A DNA stretch of 24,000 bases from Cytophagales bacterium. GTDB taxonomy: Bacteria; Bacteroidota; Bacteroidia; Cytophagales; Spirosomataceae. The position numbers and the translations under genes are program-made. Each line of letters starts with the position of its first letter. Position 1 is the first letter of the stretch. The notes beneath the pieces were generated by a model. That model ran no database searches, was not told the origin of the DNA, and worked only from the letters and a program-made list of their open reading frames with translations. The stretch covers positions 58,095 through 82,094 of the forward strand of contig JBBRMR010000013.1 in the NCBI GenBank assembly GCA_038230735.1, read 5' to 3'. Positions 1 through 6,500 of the stretch are shown here, one piece after another.

Positions 1-10
1 ATGGACATAA

Positions 11-40
11 AAAAGCCCAATCTATTCAGATTAGGCTTTT
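11..40. terminator. Bidirectional intrinsic-terminator-like stem-loop
   Basis: AAAAGCCCAATCT (11-23), loop ATTC, AGATTAGGCTTTT (28-40), with one C:A mismatch. A-run and T-run flanks mean either strand gives a hairpin followed by U-run. It abuts the stop (41-43) of the - strand PIN relic. Confidence 0.5.
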
Positions 41-397
41 TTATGAAATAACAACAAGACCTTCATGAAGGGGAAATAAAGAATCTGTTGATAAAATGGG
101 TAAGTTTTCGAGGAGTGCTTGCGAGATAATCAACAAATCAAATGGGTCGCCGTGTAGTTTATTATCTAATAAATAGGTCATCGTCTATCAGGGATTTCGT
201 GTGGTTCAAGAATACTTAATAATCCCTCGTATTTACCATCAGGAATATTTTTTTGAATTCTCTCCAACAAACTCAATTTTTGTTTTTTAACCTTTATCAA
301 AGGCTTAATCAAACCACTGGCATTATTTGCTTGCGTTTCCATGTCTGAAATGTTTTAAAATATTGATATAAATATAGTGAGTATCAAGCAAAATTAT
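41..397 (-). pseudogene. Decayed PIN-domain (VapC-like) toxin gene split over three reading frames
   Basis: Hand translation of the - strand. 397-323 gives (I)ILLDTHYIYINILKHFRHGNASK*, with the PIN N-terminal LLDTH motif, but the position where ATG is expected reads ATA (397-395). 342-178 in a second frame gives METQANNASGLIKPLIKVKKQKLSLLERIQKNIPDGKYEGLLSILEPHEIPDRR*, where ASGLIKPLIKVKKQKLSL resembles the aSlwEiaIK..lGKLeL core. 181-41 in a third frame gives MTYLLDNKLHGDPFDLLIISQALLENLPILSTDSLFPLHEGLVVIS*, carrying the H-x-DPFD...(A/S)QA...(S/T)-x-D C-terminal signature. All pieces are collinear on one strand and each is under 60 aa, so none appears in the ORF track. Confidence 0.6.
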
Positions 398-433
398 GCT
401 TTTTGTTAAAATTATTTACCCTATAAAATTTAA

Positions 434-463
434 TATTTAGATATTTGTCTAAATATATTTTAA
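434..463. promoter_or_regulatory. Operator copy 1: 30-bp unit containing the palindrome ATTTAGA-N6-TCTAAAT
   Basis: TATTTAGATATTTGTCTAAATATATTTTAA at 434-463 is identical to 488-517. The inverted half-sites are 435-441 and 448-454. Confidence 0.6.
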
Positions 464-487
464 ACAAAACTTGGAAGTTAAATTTAT

Positions 488-517
488 TATTTAGATATTT
501 GTCTAAATATATTTTAA
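488..517. promoter_or_regulatory. Operator copy 2 overlapping a putative promoter of the ArsR/SdpR gene
   Basis: Perfect 30-bp repeat of 434-463, offset by 54 bp. Half-sites are 489-495 and 502-508. A near-consensus -7 box GATATTTG (494-501) lies inside it, with TTG (471-473) 20 nt upstream. The ATG at 526 follows. Confidence 0.55.
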
Positions 518-525
518 TACAAAGA

Positions 526-852
526 ATGAATAATCTTTTCAAAGCCTTTAACGACCCCACCCGAAGGGAAATATTGGAACTATTAAAAAATGGCGATATG
601 ATCGCAGGCGACATTGCCGACCATTTTGAGATGAGCAAACCCAGTATTTCTCATCATCTGGATTTACTGAAACAAGCCGATTTAGTAATCTCCGTAAAAC
701 AAGGACAGTTTATAAATTACTCGCTCAATATGACCGTGATGGACGAGATTTTAGCATGGTTTGTCCAGTTCAAAACGGAAGTACAAAAAGAAGAAACATT
801 AGTATCGAAAGTGGAAAAACCACGAATACGTTTATTAATAAATAAAAATTAA
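526..852 (+). CDS. ArsR-family (SdpR-like) winged-helix transcriptional repressor
   Basis: MNNLFKAFNDPTRREILELLKNGDMIAGDIADHFEMSKPSISHHLDLLKQADLV is a typical ArsR/SmtB HTH. I prefer the ATG at 526 because the track start at 445 would translate the operator repeats. Confidence 0.85.
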   Translation: MNNLFKAFNDPTRREILELLKNGDMIAGDIADHFEMSKPSISHHLDLLKQADLVISVKQGQFINYSLNMTVMDEILAWFVQFKTEVQKEETLVSKVEKPRIRLLINKN

Positions 853-887
853 TCTATTGATAATCAAATAATTAAAACTAAAAAATC

Positions 888-1547
888 ATGAAAACGAAAT
901 TTTTGATCTCTCTTTTATTCTCATTTGTTCCACTTATTTATATGGCTTATCAATGGAACTATATTCCTGAAATTGTACCACTACATTTTGATGCAGATTT
1001 TAACCCAGACCGCTTTGGAGCAAAATCAGAATTATTATGGATACTAATATTCGTAAGTTGCATATCCATTTTAATGACTTTGTTGTTTAAATTTTTACCC
1101 AAAATAGACACAAAAAAGAACCTTGAAAATCAAAGGGGAATTTTAGAAAGCATAGCCTTAGGAACAAGTATTTTTTTGACAATCATAAGTTTTTACATAA
1201 TTCAATCTGCCATTTCAGGAAGTAAAATCTTAATGATTAGTAACTTACCGATATTTATTTTATTGTTTATGGCATTTTTGGGTAATTACATGATTAATCT
1301 TAAACAAAATCATTTCATAGGAATTCGCACGCCCTGGACTTTGGCAAGTAAGTCTGTTTGGAAGAAAACGCATCAATTTGCAGGGAAATTGCTATTTTTT
1401 GGAAGTATTGTTGGAGTAATAATTTTGCTTTTCTTGCCTGATTTTAAAGTGAAATTAATTTTTATGGGATTTTGGTTAATTTCTATTATGGCTGTTTCAG
1501 TATCGAAATCCTACAATTTTTATAGGCAAGAAAGTATAGTGGGTTGA
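888..1547 (+). CDS. SdpI/YhfL-family integral membrane protein (DUF1648 N-terminus plus SdpI-like C-terminus)
   Basis: Polytopic membrane protein. The N-terminus YQWNYIPEIVPLHFDADFNPDRFGAK is DUF1648-like, and GIRTPWTLASKSVWKKTHQFAGKL is SdpI-like. It lies 35 bp downstream of the ArsR gene. Confidence 0.7.
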   Translation: MKTKFLISLLFSFVPLIYMAYQWNYIPEIVPLHFDADFNPDRFGAKSELLWILIFVSCISILMTLLFKFLPKIDTKKNLENQRGILESIALGTSIFLTIISFYIIQSAISGSKILMISNLPIFILLFMAFLGNYMINLKQNHFIGIRTPWTLASKSVWKKTHQFAGKLLFFGSIVGVIILLFLPDFKVKLIFMGFWLISIMAVSVSKSYNFYRQESIVG

Positions 1548-1626
1548 AAAATCATTGAACAAATAGTTTAATATTTTTTAAGGAAACATCCTACCTTTCA
1601 ATCATCAAATTCAAACCAAAAAAACT

Positions 1627-1968
1627 ATGGTACAAATAACAAAAGACGACAAGGAAACCACCATCGAAATCATGGGCTTGCACAAACTTTGGGCATTCAA
1701 AAGCCAACTCAAAATTCCGAATGAGCATATTCTGAACGCTTATCAAAATGAGGCTGAACTCTCCAATTGGCAAAGAATCAGAATGCCAGGCACGAGTGTT
1801 CCTTTTCTAATCCATGCAGGGACTTTTTACGAAGTTGATTCTACCATTTTTATGGATATTGTCCATAAAAAGAACGCCATCATCGTGGAATTAAAGGATG
1901 AATTTTATAACAAATTGATGATTGAAGTGGAAAATCCAGAAGAGGCAATTGTTTTGTTGAAAATGTAG
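1627..1968 (+). CDS. Hypothetical small cytoplasmic protein
   Basis: Clean 113-aa ORF followed by a strong terminator. I recognise no family with confidence. Confidence 0.5.
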   Translation: MVQITKDDKETTIEIMGLHKLWAFKSQLKIPNEHILNAYQNEAELSNWQRIRMPGTSVPFLIHAGTFYEVDSTIFMDIVHKKNAIIVELKDEFYNKLMIEVENPEEAIVLLKM

Positions 1969-1989
1969 TACAAAAACTGAATAATCATA

Positions 1990-2026
1990 AAAATGCCTAA
2001 TCTGAGTGGATTAGGCATTTTTTTAT
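1990..2026 (+). terminator. Rho-independent terminator
   Basis: ATGCCTAATC (1993-2002), loop TGAGTG, GATTAGGCAT (2009-2018), then a T-run. The stem sequence is nearly the same as in the hairpin at 11-40. Confidence 0.7.
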
Positions 2027-2078
2027 TCTCCATTTTTCAACCTAAATCGTCAATCCCAAAATCTCCGTACCTTTGCAT

Positions 2079-3977
2079 ATGGATTATTTTAAAAAACTAT
2101 CAAATTTATTAAAAATTGAACGGGAAGCCGACCACGCCCAGTACCGCAAACTCACTGAACAATCTTCCGTTTCTCAACGCCGTGCCAATGGATTATCTTG
2201 GTATCCCATTGCTATTCGTGGACAAGAAATGGGTCGGGGAGATTATTTGACCGTTGAGGTTGAACGCACTACGCACCAAGATATTCAGCATCAATTACGC
2301 TTCGGTTGTCCTGCCGTTTTGTTCAGTAATCACGACCCCGAACATAACCGTTTGGAGGGAACAATCTCACATTCTTTTGGCAATCGCTTAAAAATTACGC
2401 TCAAAACGGATGAACTACCCGACTGGTCTCGGGATGGAAAATTGGGAATTGATGTCCTTTTTGATGATAATAGTTATGATGAAATGTTTGCGGCAATTAA
2501 GCAAGCTGATTCCATTTCAGACAAACCCGAAGGCAATTTAGTAAGAGTTATCACGGGTGAAAAAGCTCCTACTTTTCATACCGAAAAACCAATCTTACAC
2601 ATTCCAAAACTCAACCCATTTCAGCTTTCTGCCGTTGGTAATATTCTGGCTGCCAATGAATTAGCCATTGTTCATGGCCCTCCTGGCACGGGCAAAACCA
2701 CTACAATCGTACAGGCAATCAAGGCGATGATTGAGCGGGATAATCAGAAGATTTTGGTGGTTGCTCCCAGCAATACTGCCGTTGATTTATTGAGCGAAAA
2801 ACTCCACGAAGCGGGTCTGAATGTCTTGCGAGTGGGCAATCCTGCCAAAGTTACGGAGCGATTATTGGCTTTGACGTTGGATAGCAAAATGGCGGAACAC
2901 TCCATTATGAAGGAGATGAAGCGCTTGAAAAAACAGGCTCAAGAATATAAAAGTATGGCTCATAAATACAAGCGAAGTTTTGGAAAATCTGAGCGAGATC
3001 AACGCAAATTGTTGTTTGATGAAGCCCACAAAATCATGAAAGAAGTGGCTAATTCTGAGCAATATATCATTGACGATCTCACGGCAAAAGCCCAAGTAAT
3101 TACCGCTACGTTGGTTGGGGCAAATCATTATACCGTCAGAAATCTTACTTACGACACTCTTGTGATTGACGAAGCAGGACAAGCTCTCGAACCCGCCTGC
3201 TGGATTCCGATTTTGAAGGCAAAAAAGGCAGTTTTAGCGGGCGACCATTGTCAATTATCGCCTACGGTGAAAACGGATAATAGCTCAAAGGATGGTCTGA
3301 ACATTACTTTGTTAGAAAAATGTATCGCTACTCACCCAGAATCCGTAACCCTTTTGGAAGAACAATATCGAATGCACGAAGCCATCATGGGCTATTCGTC
3401 AAAGGTTTTTTATCAGAATAAACTTAAGGCTCATACGTCCGTAGCACGTCATACTTTAAAAAATGATTCTTCTCCGCTGTTGTTTGTGGATACCGCTGGT
3501 TGTGGTTTTGAAGAAAAATTGGAAGGTACAAGTTCTACCAATCCTGAAGAAGCGGTTTTGACTTTAAAACATTTAGCCATTTTTTGTGAAGAATTATCGT
3601 CTGAATATACACCCGAAAATTTTCCGACGATTGCCGTGATTTCGCCTTATTCCAAGCAAGTTGCTGTGTTGCAAGAGCAGATTTTGCACGTGGAATTCTT
3701 GAAAAAATATGCTCATCGAATCTCGGTGAATACTATTGATAGTTTTCAAGGACAAGAACGAGACATAGTTTATATCAGCATGACCCGGAGCAATGACGAA
3801 GGCAGTATTGGTTTTCTCTCCGACATCCGCAGAATGAACGTAGCGATGACCCGTGCCAGAAAAAAATTAGTTGTCATTGGAGATAGTGCAACCTTAGCAC
3901 AATTTCCATTTTATGCTGATTTCATTGAATACGCCGAGAAAATAGGAGGATATTTAAGTGCGTGGGAGGTAGTGTAG
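2079..3977 (+). CDS. Superfamily-1B helicase, Upf1/DNA2/IGHMBP2-like
   Basis: Walker A GPPGTGKTT, motif II VIDEAGQ, TIDSFQGQERD and NVAMTRARKKLVVIGD. The track start at 2073 is a TTG, and I prefer the ATG at 2079. Confidence 0.85.
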   Translation: MDYFKKLSNLLKIEREADHAQYRKLTEQSSVSQRRANGLSWYPIAIRGQEMGRGDYLTVEVERTTHQDIQHQLRFGCPAVLFSNHDPEHNRLEGTISHSFGNRLKITLKTDELPDWSRDGKLGIDVLFDDNSYDEMFAAIKQADSISDKPEGNLVRVITGEKAPTFHTEKPILHIPKLNPFQLSAVGNILAANELAIVHGPPGTGKTTTIVQAIKAMIERDNQKILVVAPSNTAVDLLSEKLHEAGLNVLRVGNPAKVTERLLALTLDSKMAEHSIMKEMKRLKKQAQEYKSMAHKYKRSFGKSERDQRKLLFDEAHKIMKEVANSEQYIIDDLTAKAQVITATLVGANHYTVRNLTYDTLVIDEAGQALEPACWIPILKAKKAVLAGDHCQLSPTVKTDNSSKDGLNITLLEKCIATHPESVTLLEEQYRMHEAIMGYSSKVFYQNKLKAHTSVARHTLKNDSSPLLFVDTAGCGFEEKLEGTSSTNPEEAVLTLKHLAIFCEELSSEYTPENFPTIAVISPYSKQVAVLQEQILHVEFLKKYAHRISVNTIDSFQGQERDIVYISMTRSNDEGSIGFLSDIRRMNVAMTRARKKLVVIGDSATLAQFPFYADFIEYAEKIGGYLSAWEVV

Positions 3978-3990
3978 CTATTGATATTAT

Positions 3991-4023
3991 ACTTCCCGAA
4001 AGTTCTTTTTACTTTCGGGAAGT
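3991..4023. repeat. Hairpin repeat unit, loop TCTTTTT on the + strand
   Basis: ACTTCCCGAAAGT (3991-4003), TCTTTTT, ACTTTCGGGAAGT (4011-4023). This is a perfect 13-bp stem starting 14 nt after the helicase stop. Confidence 0.9.
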
Positions 4024-4037
4024 TCCGAGATAGTACA

Positions 4038-4070
4038 ACTTCCCGAAAGTAGAAAGAACTTTCGGGAAGT
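4038..4070. repeat. Hairpin repeat unit, inverted orientation (loop AGAAAGA on the + strand)
   Basis: ACTTCCCGAAAGT (4038-4050), AGAAAGA, ACTTTCGGGAAGT (4058-4070). Read on the - strand the loop is TCTTTCT. It lies 13 nt beyond the stop of the - strand gene 4083-4334. Confidence 0.9.
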
Positions 4071-4082
4071 TCCATCCAAAAA

Positions 4083-4334
4083 TTATTTCACTTCTTCATA
4101 ATCCACGTACTCACCGCCGCCAGAATTTCCTGAGTTTTTTCCATCTTTTTTCGGAACGTAATCAACATCAATCTGTCCTTCACGCTTTCGTGGAGTTTGG
4201 TACGCTTTTTGTGATTGCCGCATATCTTGCTGGGCTTTGTTCACCTGGGTCAAAATGAAACCTTTCAATGCCCATTTTATCAATTTAGGCAATACATAAA
4301 ATATGAATGCCATTATAATTATAAACTTTACCAT
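4083..4334 (-). CDS. DUF4834-family small membrane protein
   Basis: N-terminal TM helix, a basic Q-rich linker and a C-terminal GGGEYVDYEEVK motif, as I recall for Bacteroidota DUF4834 proteins. Confidence 0.7.
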   Translation of the reverse strand: MVKFIIIMAFIFYVLPKLIKWALKGFILTQVNKAQQDMRQSQKAYQTPRKREGQIDVDYVPKKDGKNSGNSGGGEYVDYEEVK

Positions 4335-4496
4335 GTTCTTGGTTTATTTTTGTTTTTCAAATAATATTTTAAACTCTGAGAAGTAACGTCAAAATTACGA
4401 ATAAGTTTAATCCTTAATCCGATTTTTTTGCAAGTTTTTACGAAAGTTTGTATGGTTGTATGGATAGAATTTTTAAATTCGTGTTCAATAACGGTT

Positions 4497-4588
4497 GAAA
4501 GGTCAAGGATGAAAGGTCAAAGAAAACGTATAACGATGTTTTGATTAAGTAATTACCTTATATTTATCCTAAAATTATTTGACCTTTT
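4497..4588. repeat. AAAGGTCAA motif: tandem 14-mers plus a downstream inverted copy
   Basis: GAAAGGTCAAGGAT (4497-4510) and GAAAGGTCAAAGAA (4511-4524) lie in tandem. TTTGACCTTT (4578-4587) is the exact reverse complement of 4512-4521. The block ends 17 nt before the ATG at 4605. Confidence 0.8.
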
Positions 4589-4604
4589 ACCCTTAACCTC
4601 CCTT

Positions 4605-5096
4605 ATGAAAAACTGGCTAAAAAATTTACTCTTCGTCTTATTCTCCTTTGTGTTTTTGGGCGTTGGAATAGTGGTAGCAGAATTTTTTATTCGTGAAAAA
4701 GGAAATCCCTTAAAAGACCCTAACTTTTTAGTGGATTATCCTGCCGATACAACGATGATTACTAAAAATATCGTTCCAGACTCTACCGAAGGATGGGAGA
4801 CAGATTCGGTAAATATTATTGCAAAACCTTTATTGGAAACTACAAGAGAAAATTTTGTGGAAAAGAAGAAACCTCAACGTGGTGATTATCAAGTGATTAT
4901 TGGCATTTTCGGCGAACGCTCTAATGCTAATCAAGAGGTGAAAAAATTGAAAGCAATGGGATATAATGAAGCATTCAGTTTCTCCAAACTTTCAATGAAT
5001 GTGGTTAGTGCGGGTTTATATCAGAAATCAGAAGCTGAAAAGATTGCCTCTGAACTCAAAAATAAAGGATTTGATGCCATCGTTAAACATCAATAA
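4605..5096 (+). CDS. SPOR domain-containing membrane-anchored protein
   Basis: N-terminal TM segment. The C-terminus YQVIIGIFGERSNANQEVKKLKAMGYNEAF...VSAGLYQKSEAEKIASELKNKGFDAIV matches the SPOR peptidoglycan-binding repeat pattern. Confidence 0.75.
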   Translation: MKNWLKNLLFVLFSFVFLGVGIVVAEFFIREKGNPLKDPNFLVDYPADTTMITKNIVPDSTEGWETDSVNIIAKPLLETTRENFVEKKKPQRGDYQVIIGIFGERSNANQEVKKLKAMGYNEAFSFSKLSMNVVSAGLYQKSEAEKIASELKNKGFDAIVKHQ

Positions 5097-5253
5097 AAGA
5101 CCTCTTAATCATTTCCTCCTACAAAAATTTGTATTATTAAACAATAATTCGTTATTTGGCATACACATTTACCAACACATCTCTTAAATCTCCATAAGAT
5201 TACTTATTTCTTATTCTTCATATTTTTTTACTAATCAAAAAAACAAAATAACA

Positions 5254-5592
5254 ATGAGCAAATTCGATGAAGCTATTGAAACCTATCAAGGTTCACTTAG
5301 TGATTTAGGCATCAAAATTGATGCAACGCTTCTTACGGCAGTAACAAAAGGTTTAGGTCCTTCGATTTACAATGCTGATTCATCAAAAGTATCTTCTTCT
5401 GACCCAGAGGAACTTGCCCGTGTAAAGAATAATTTCCTGATTGGAAAGTTAGGACTGCCAGACGGACCCGATTTGGATGCCGCAATTAGTGGTGTTGTGG
5501 AGCAATTAGGTGCCAGCAATCGTAATAAATACCGAGCTATTTTCTATGCTCTTTTGGTGATGAAATTAGGCAAAGAATCATTCTATGCTTAA
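5254..5592 (+). CDS. DUF2853-family protein
   Basis: MSKFDEAIETY...GLGPSIYNADSSKVSSSDPEEL...NRNKYRAIFYALL matches my recollection of DUF2853 proteins of about 110 aa. Confidence 0.65.
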   Translation: MSKFDEAIETYQGSLSDLGIKIDATLLTAVTKGLGPSIYNADSSKVSSSDPEELARVKNNFLIGKLGLPDGPDLDAAISGVVEQLGASNRNKYRAIFYALLVMKLGKESFYA

Positions 5593-5613
5593 AATGTTTA
5601 AAGGTAAATGAAA

Positions 5614-5650
5614 CAAAAAATCCACGCTGCAAAACAGCGTGGATTTTTTA
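5614..5650. terminator. Bidirectional rho-independent terminator
   Basis: A-run, ATCCACGCTG (5620-5629), loop CAAAA, CAGCGTGGAT (5635-5644), T-run. It sits between convergent genes. Confidence 0.85.
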
Positions 5651-5749
5651 CTCCCTAACAACAAGAATCGGCAGCCCCCCGACCACCGATTTTGTAAACT
5701 ATTACCTAACCTAAATATATTTTTGAAGACTCGCTGCGAACGAAGACTT

Positions 5750-6346
5750 TTATTTCTTACCCAAAAATTCTTTTTGTTCAATTTTCAACTTCAACTTTTT
5801 CTCACCTGCCCTTGTCTTCAACCTGATGGTATAATCACCATTTGGAAGCGTGTATGAGGGAGAAATAAAGACTTCATTCTCTCCTATGTTCATTAATTCA
5901 AAAGGTACTCCCATACCCGATTCAGTGTTCAAATAGACTTGTAAGTCTTTATTTGACTCCACTTTCACTCTTACAACATCACCTCTTTCTGAACGATTTA
6001 CCGAAAGAATGGCATTTGATTCAGTAGGAGAACCTGCCAATACACCCTCAGAATGGCTGAAAAAAGTAGCACTTGTTGATGTATGATAACCATAACGCTC
6101 TAAAACGTCTGATGATTTTCCTAAAATAGCGGATGCCAACGAATTTGATGATACTAATTTTGTTAATTGCTTGGCAATGAACTTGGCGTTTGTGTTTTTC
6201 TCTAAATGAGAAGGTTTGTTCACGGGAACTACCTTGGCATCGTTCACTTCAACATTACGAAGTACAGTGAATAAATTAGAAGCATTTACAAACGTTACCG
6301 AGGTTAAAATTAACCCCAATATAATCAATGATTTAATGGTTTTCAT
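5750..6346 (-). CDS. Secreted hypothetical protein
   Basis: Signal peptide MKTIKSLIILGLILTSVTFVNASN. No family recognised. The C-terminal GDYTIRLKTRAGEKKLKLKIEQ is only vaguely like a T9SS CTD. Confidence 0.6.
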   Translation of the reverse strand: MKTIKSLIILGLILTSVTFVNASNLFTVLRNVEVNDAKVVPVNKPSHLEKNTNAKFIAKQLTKLVSSNSLASAILGKSSDVLERYGYHTSTSATFFSHSEGVLAGSPTESNAILSVNRSERGDVVRVKVESNKDLQVYLNTESGMGVPFELMNIGENEVFISPSYTLPNGDYTIRLKTRAGEKKLKLKIEQKEFLGKK

Positions 6347-6392
6347 GGCTGGTTACTTTTATGATTTATTACTTAGCGTTGTGTGATCTAAA

Positions 6393-6408
6393 ACAATATC
6401 CGTGCCAA
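6393..6408 (-). promoter_or_regulatory. Candidate sigma-54 (-24/-12) promoter
   Basis: The - strand reads TTGGCAC-GGATA-TTGTT, against the consensus TGGCAC-N5-TTGCW, with one mismatch at the -12 C. It points toward the ATG at 6346, and the predicted TSS lies roughly 35 nt upstream of the start. Confidence 0.4.
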
Positions 6409-6500
6409 AACTTTTATGATTCTTGAAAAATATTTTTTCAAAAACTTATATCCAAATCATTTTCAATTATCATTACAAAAAGAATTGAAATAGAATAATC

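Noticed and set aside
434-517. Possible CRISPR-like array, given identical 30-bp repeats with 24-bp spacing
   Set aside because: There are only two copies, each an internal palindrome overlapping a promoter, and no cas genes are present. It is better explained as operators.
445-525. Track start at 445 for the ArsR gene (135 aa)
   Set aside because: The extra 27 codons translate the duplicated operator repeat (…YILNKTWKLNLLFRYLSKYIL…). The conserved ArsR domain begins right after the ATG at 526.
384-638. 84-aa - strand ORF
   Set aside because: It is antisense to the ArsR gene and runs through the operator repeats. The sequence is low-complexity with no start context.
2684-2700. Other TGGCAC hexamers (2684, 12706, 14295, 14966) as sigma-54 promoters
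   Set aside because: All lie inside coding regions and lack TTGC at the N5 spacing. The one at 12706 has TTGG, but it is antisense within the EBP gene.
2862-3182. 106-aa - strand ORF inside the helicase, and similar internal ORFs (6719-6925, 6875-7078, 7088-7324, 8148-8420, 8621-8854, 8709-8921, 9266-9577, 10140-10578, 11778-11960, 12197-12409, 17558-17976, 19162-19434, 20455-20673, 21943-22212)
   Set aside because: All overlap stronger, family-assignable genes in another frame or strand, and none has recognisable motifs.
5164-5181. TGGCAT-ACACA-TTTAC upstream of the DUF2853 gene as a sigma-54 promoter
   Set aside because: The -12 GC dinucleotide is entirely missing (TA in its place).
5750-5990. 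T9SS C-terminal sorting domain in the 198-aa secreted protein
   Set aside because: Only the final G-x-Y-x-(I/L)-x-(L/V)-K-T...K-L-K pattern is reminiscent of one. The upstream conserved positions I would expect are not evident, so this needs an HMM test before any call.
6424-6445. Recurring GAAAAATATTTTTT-like motif (6424, 17313, 22846) as a shared regulatory site
   Set aside because: It is a pure A/T low-complexity near-palindrome in AT-rich spacers, and I cannot distinguish it from compositional chance without genome-wide statistics.
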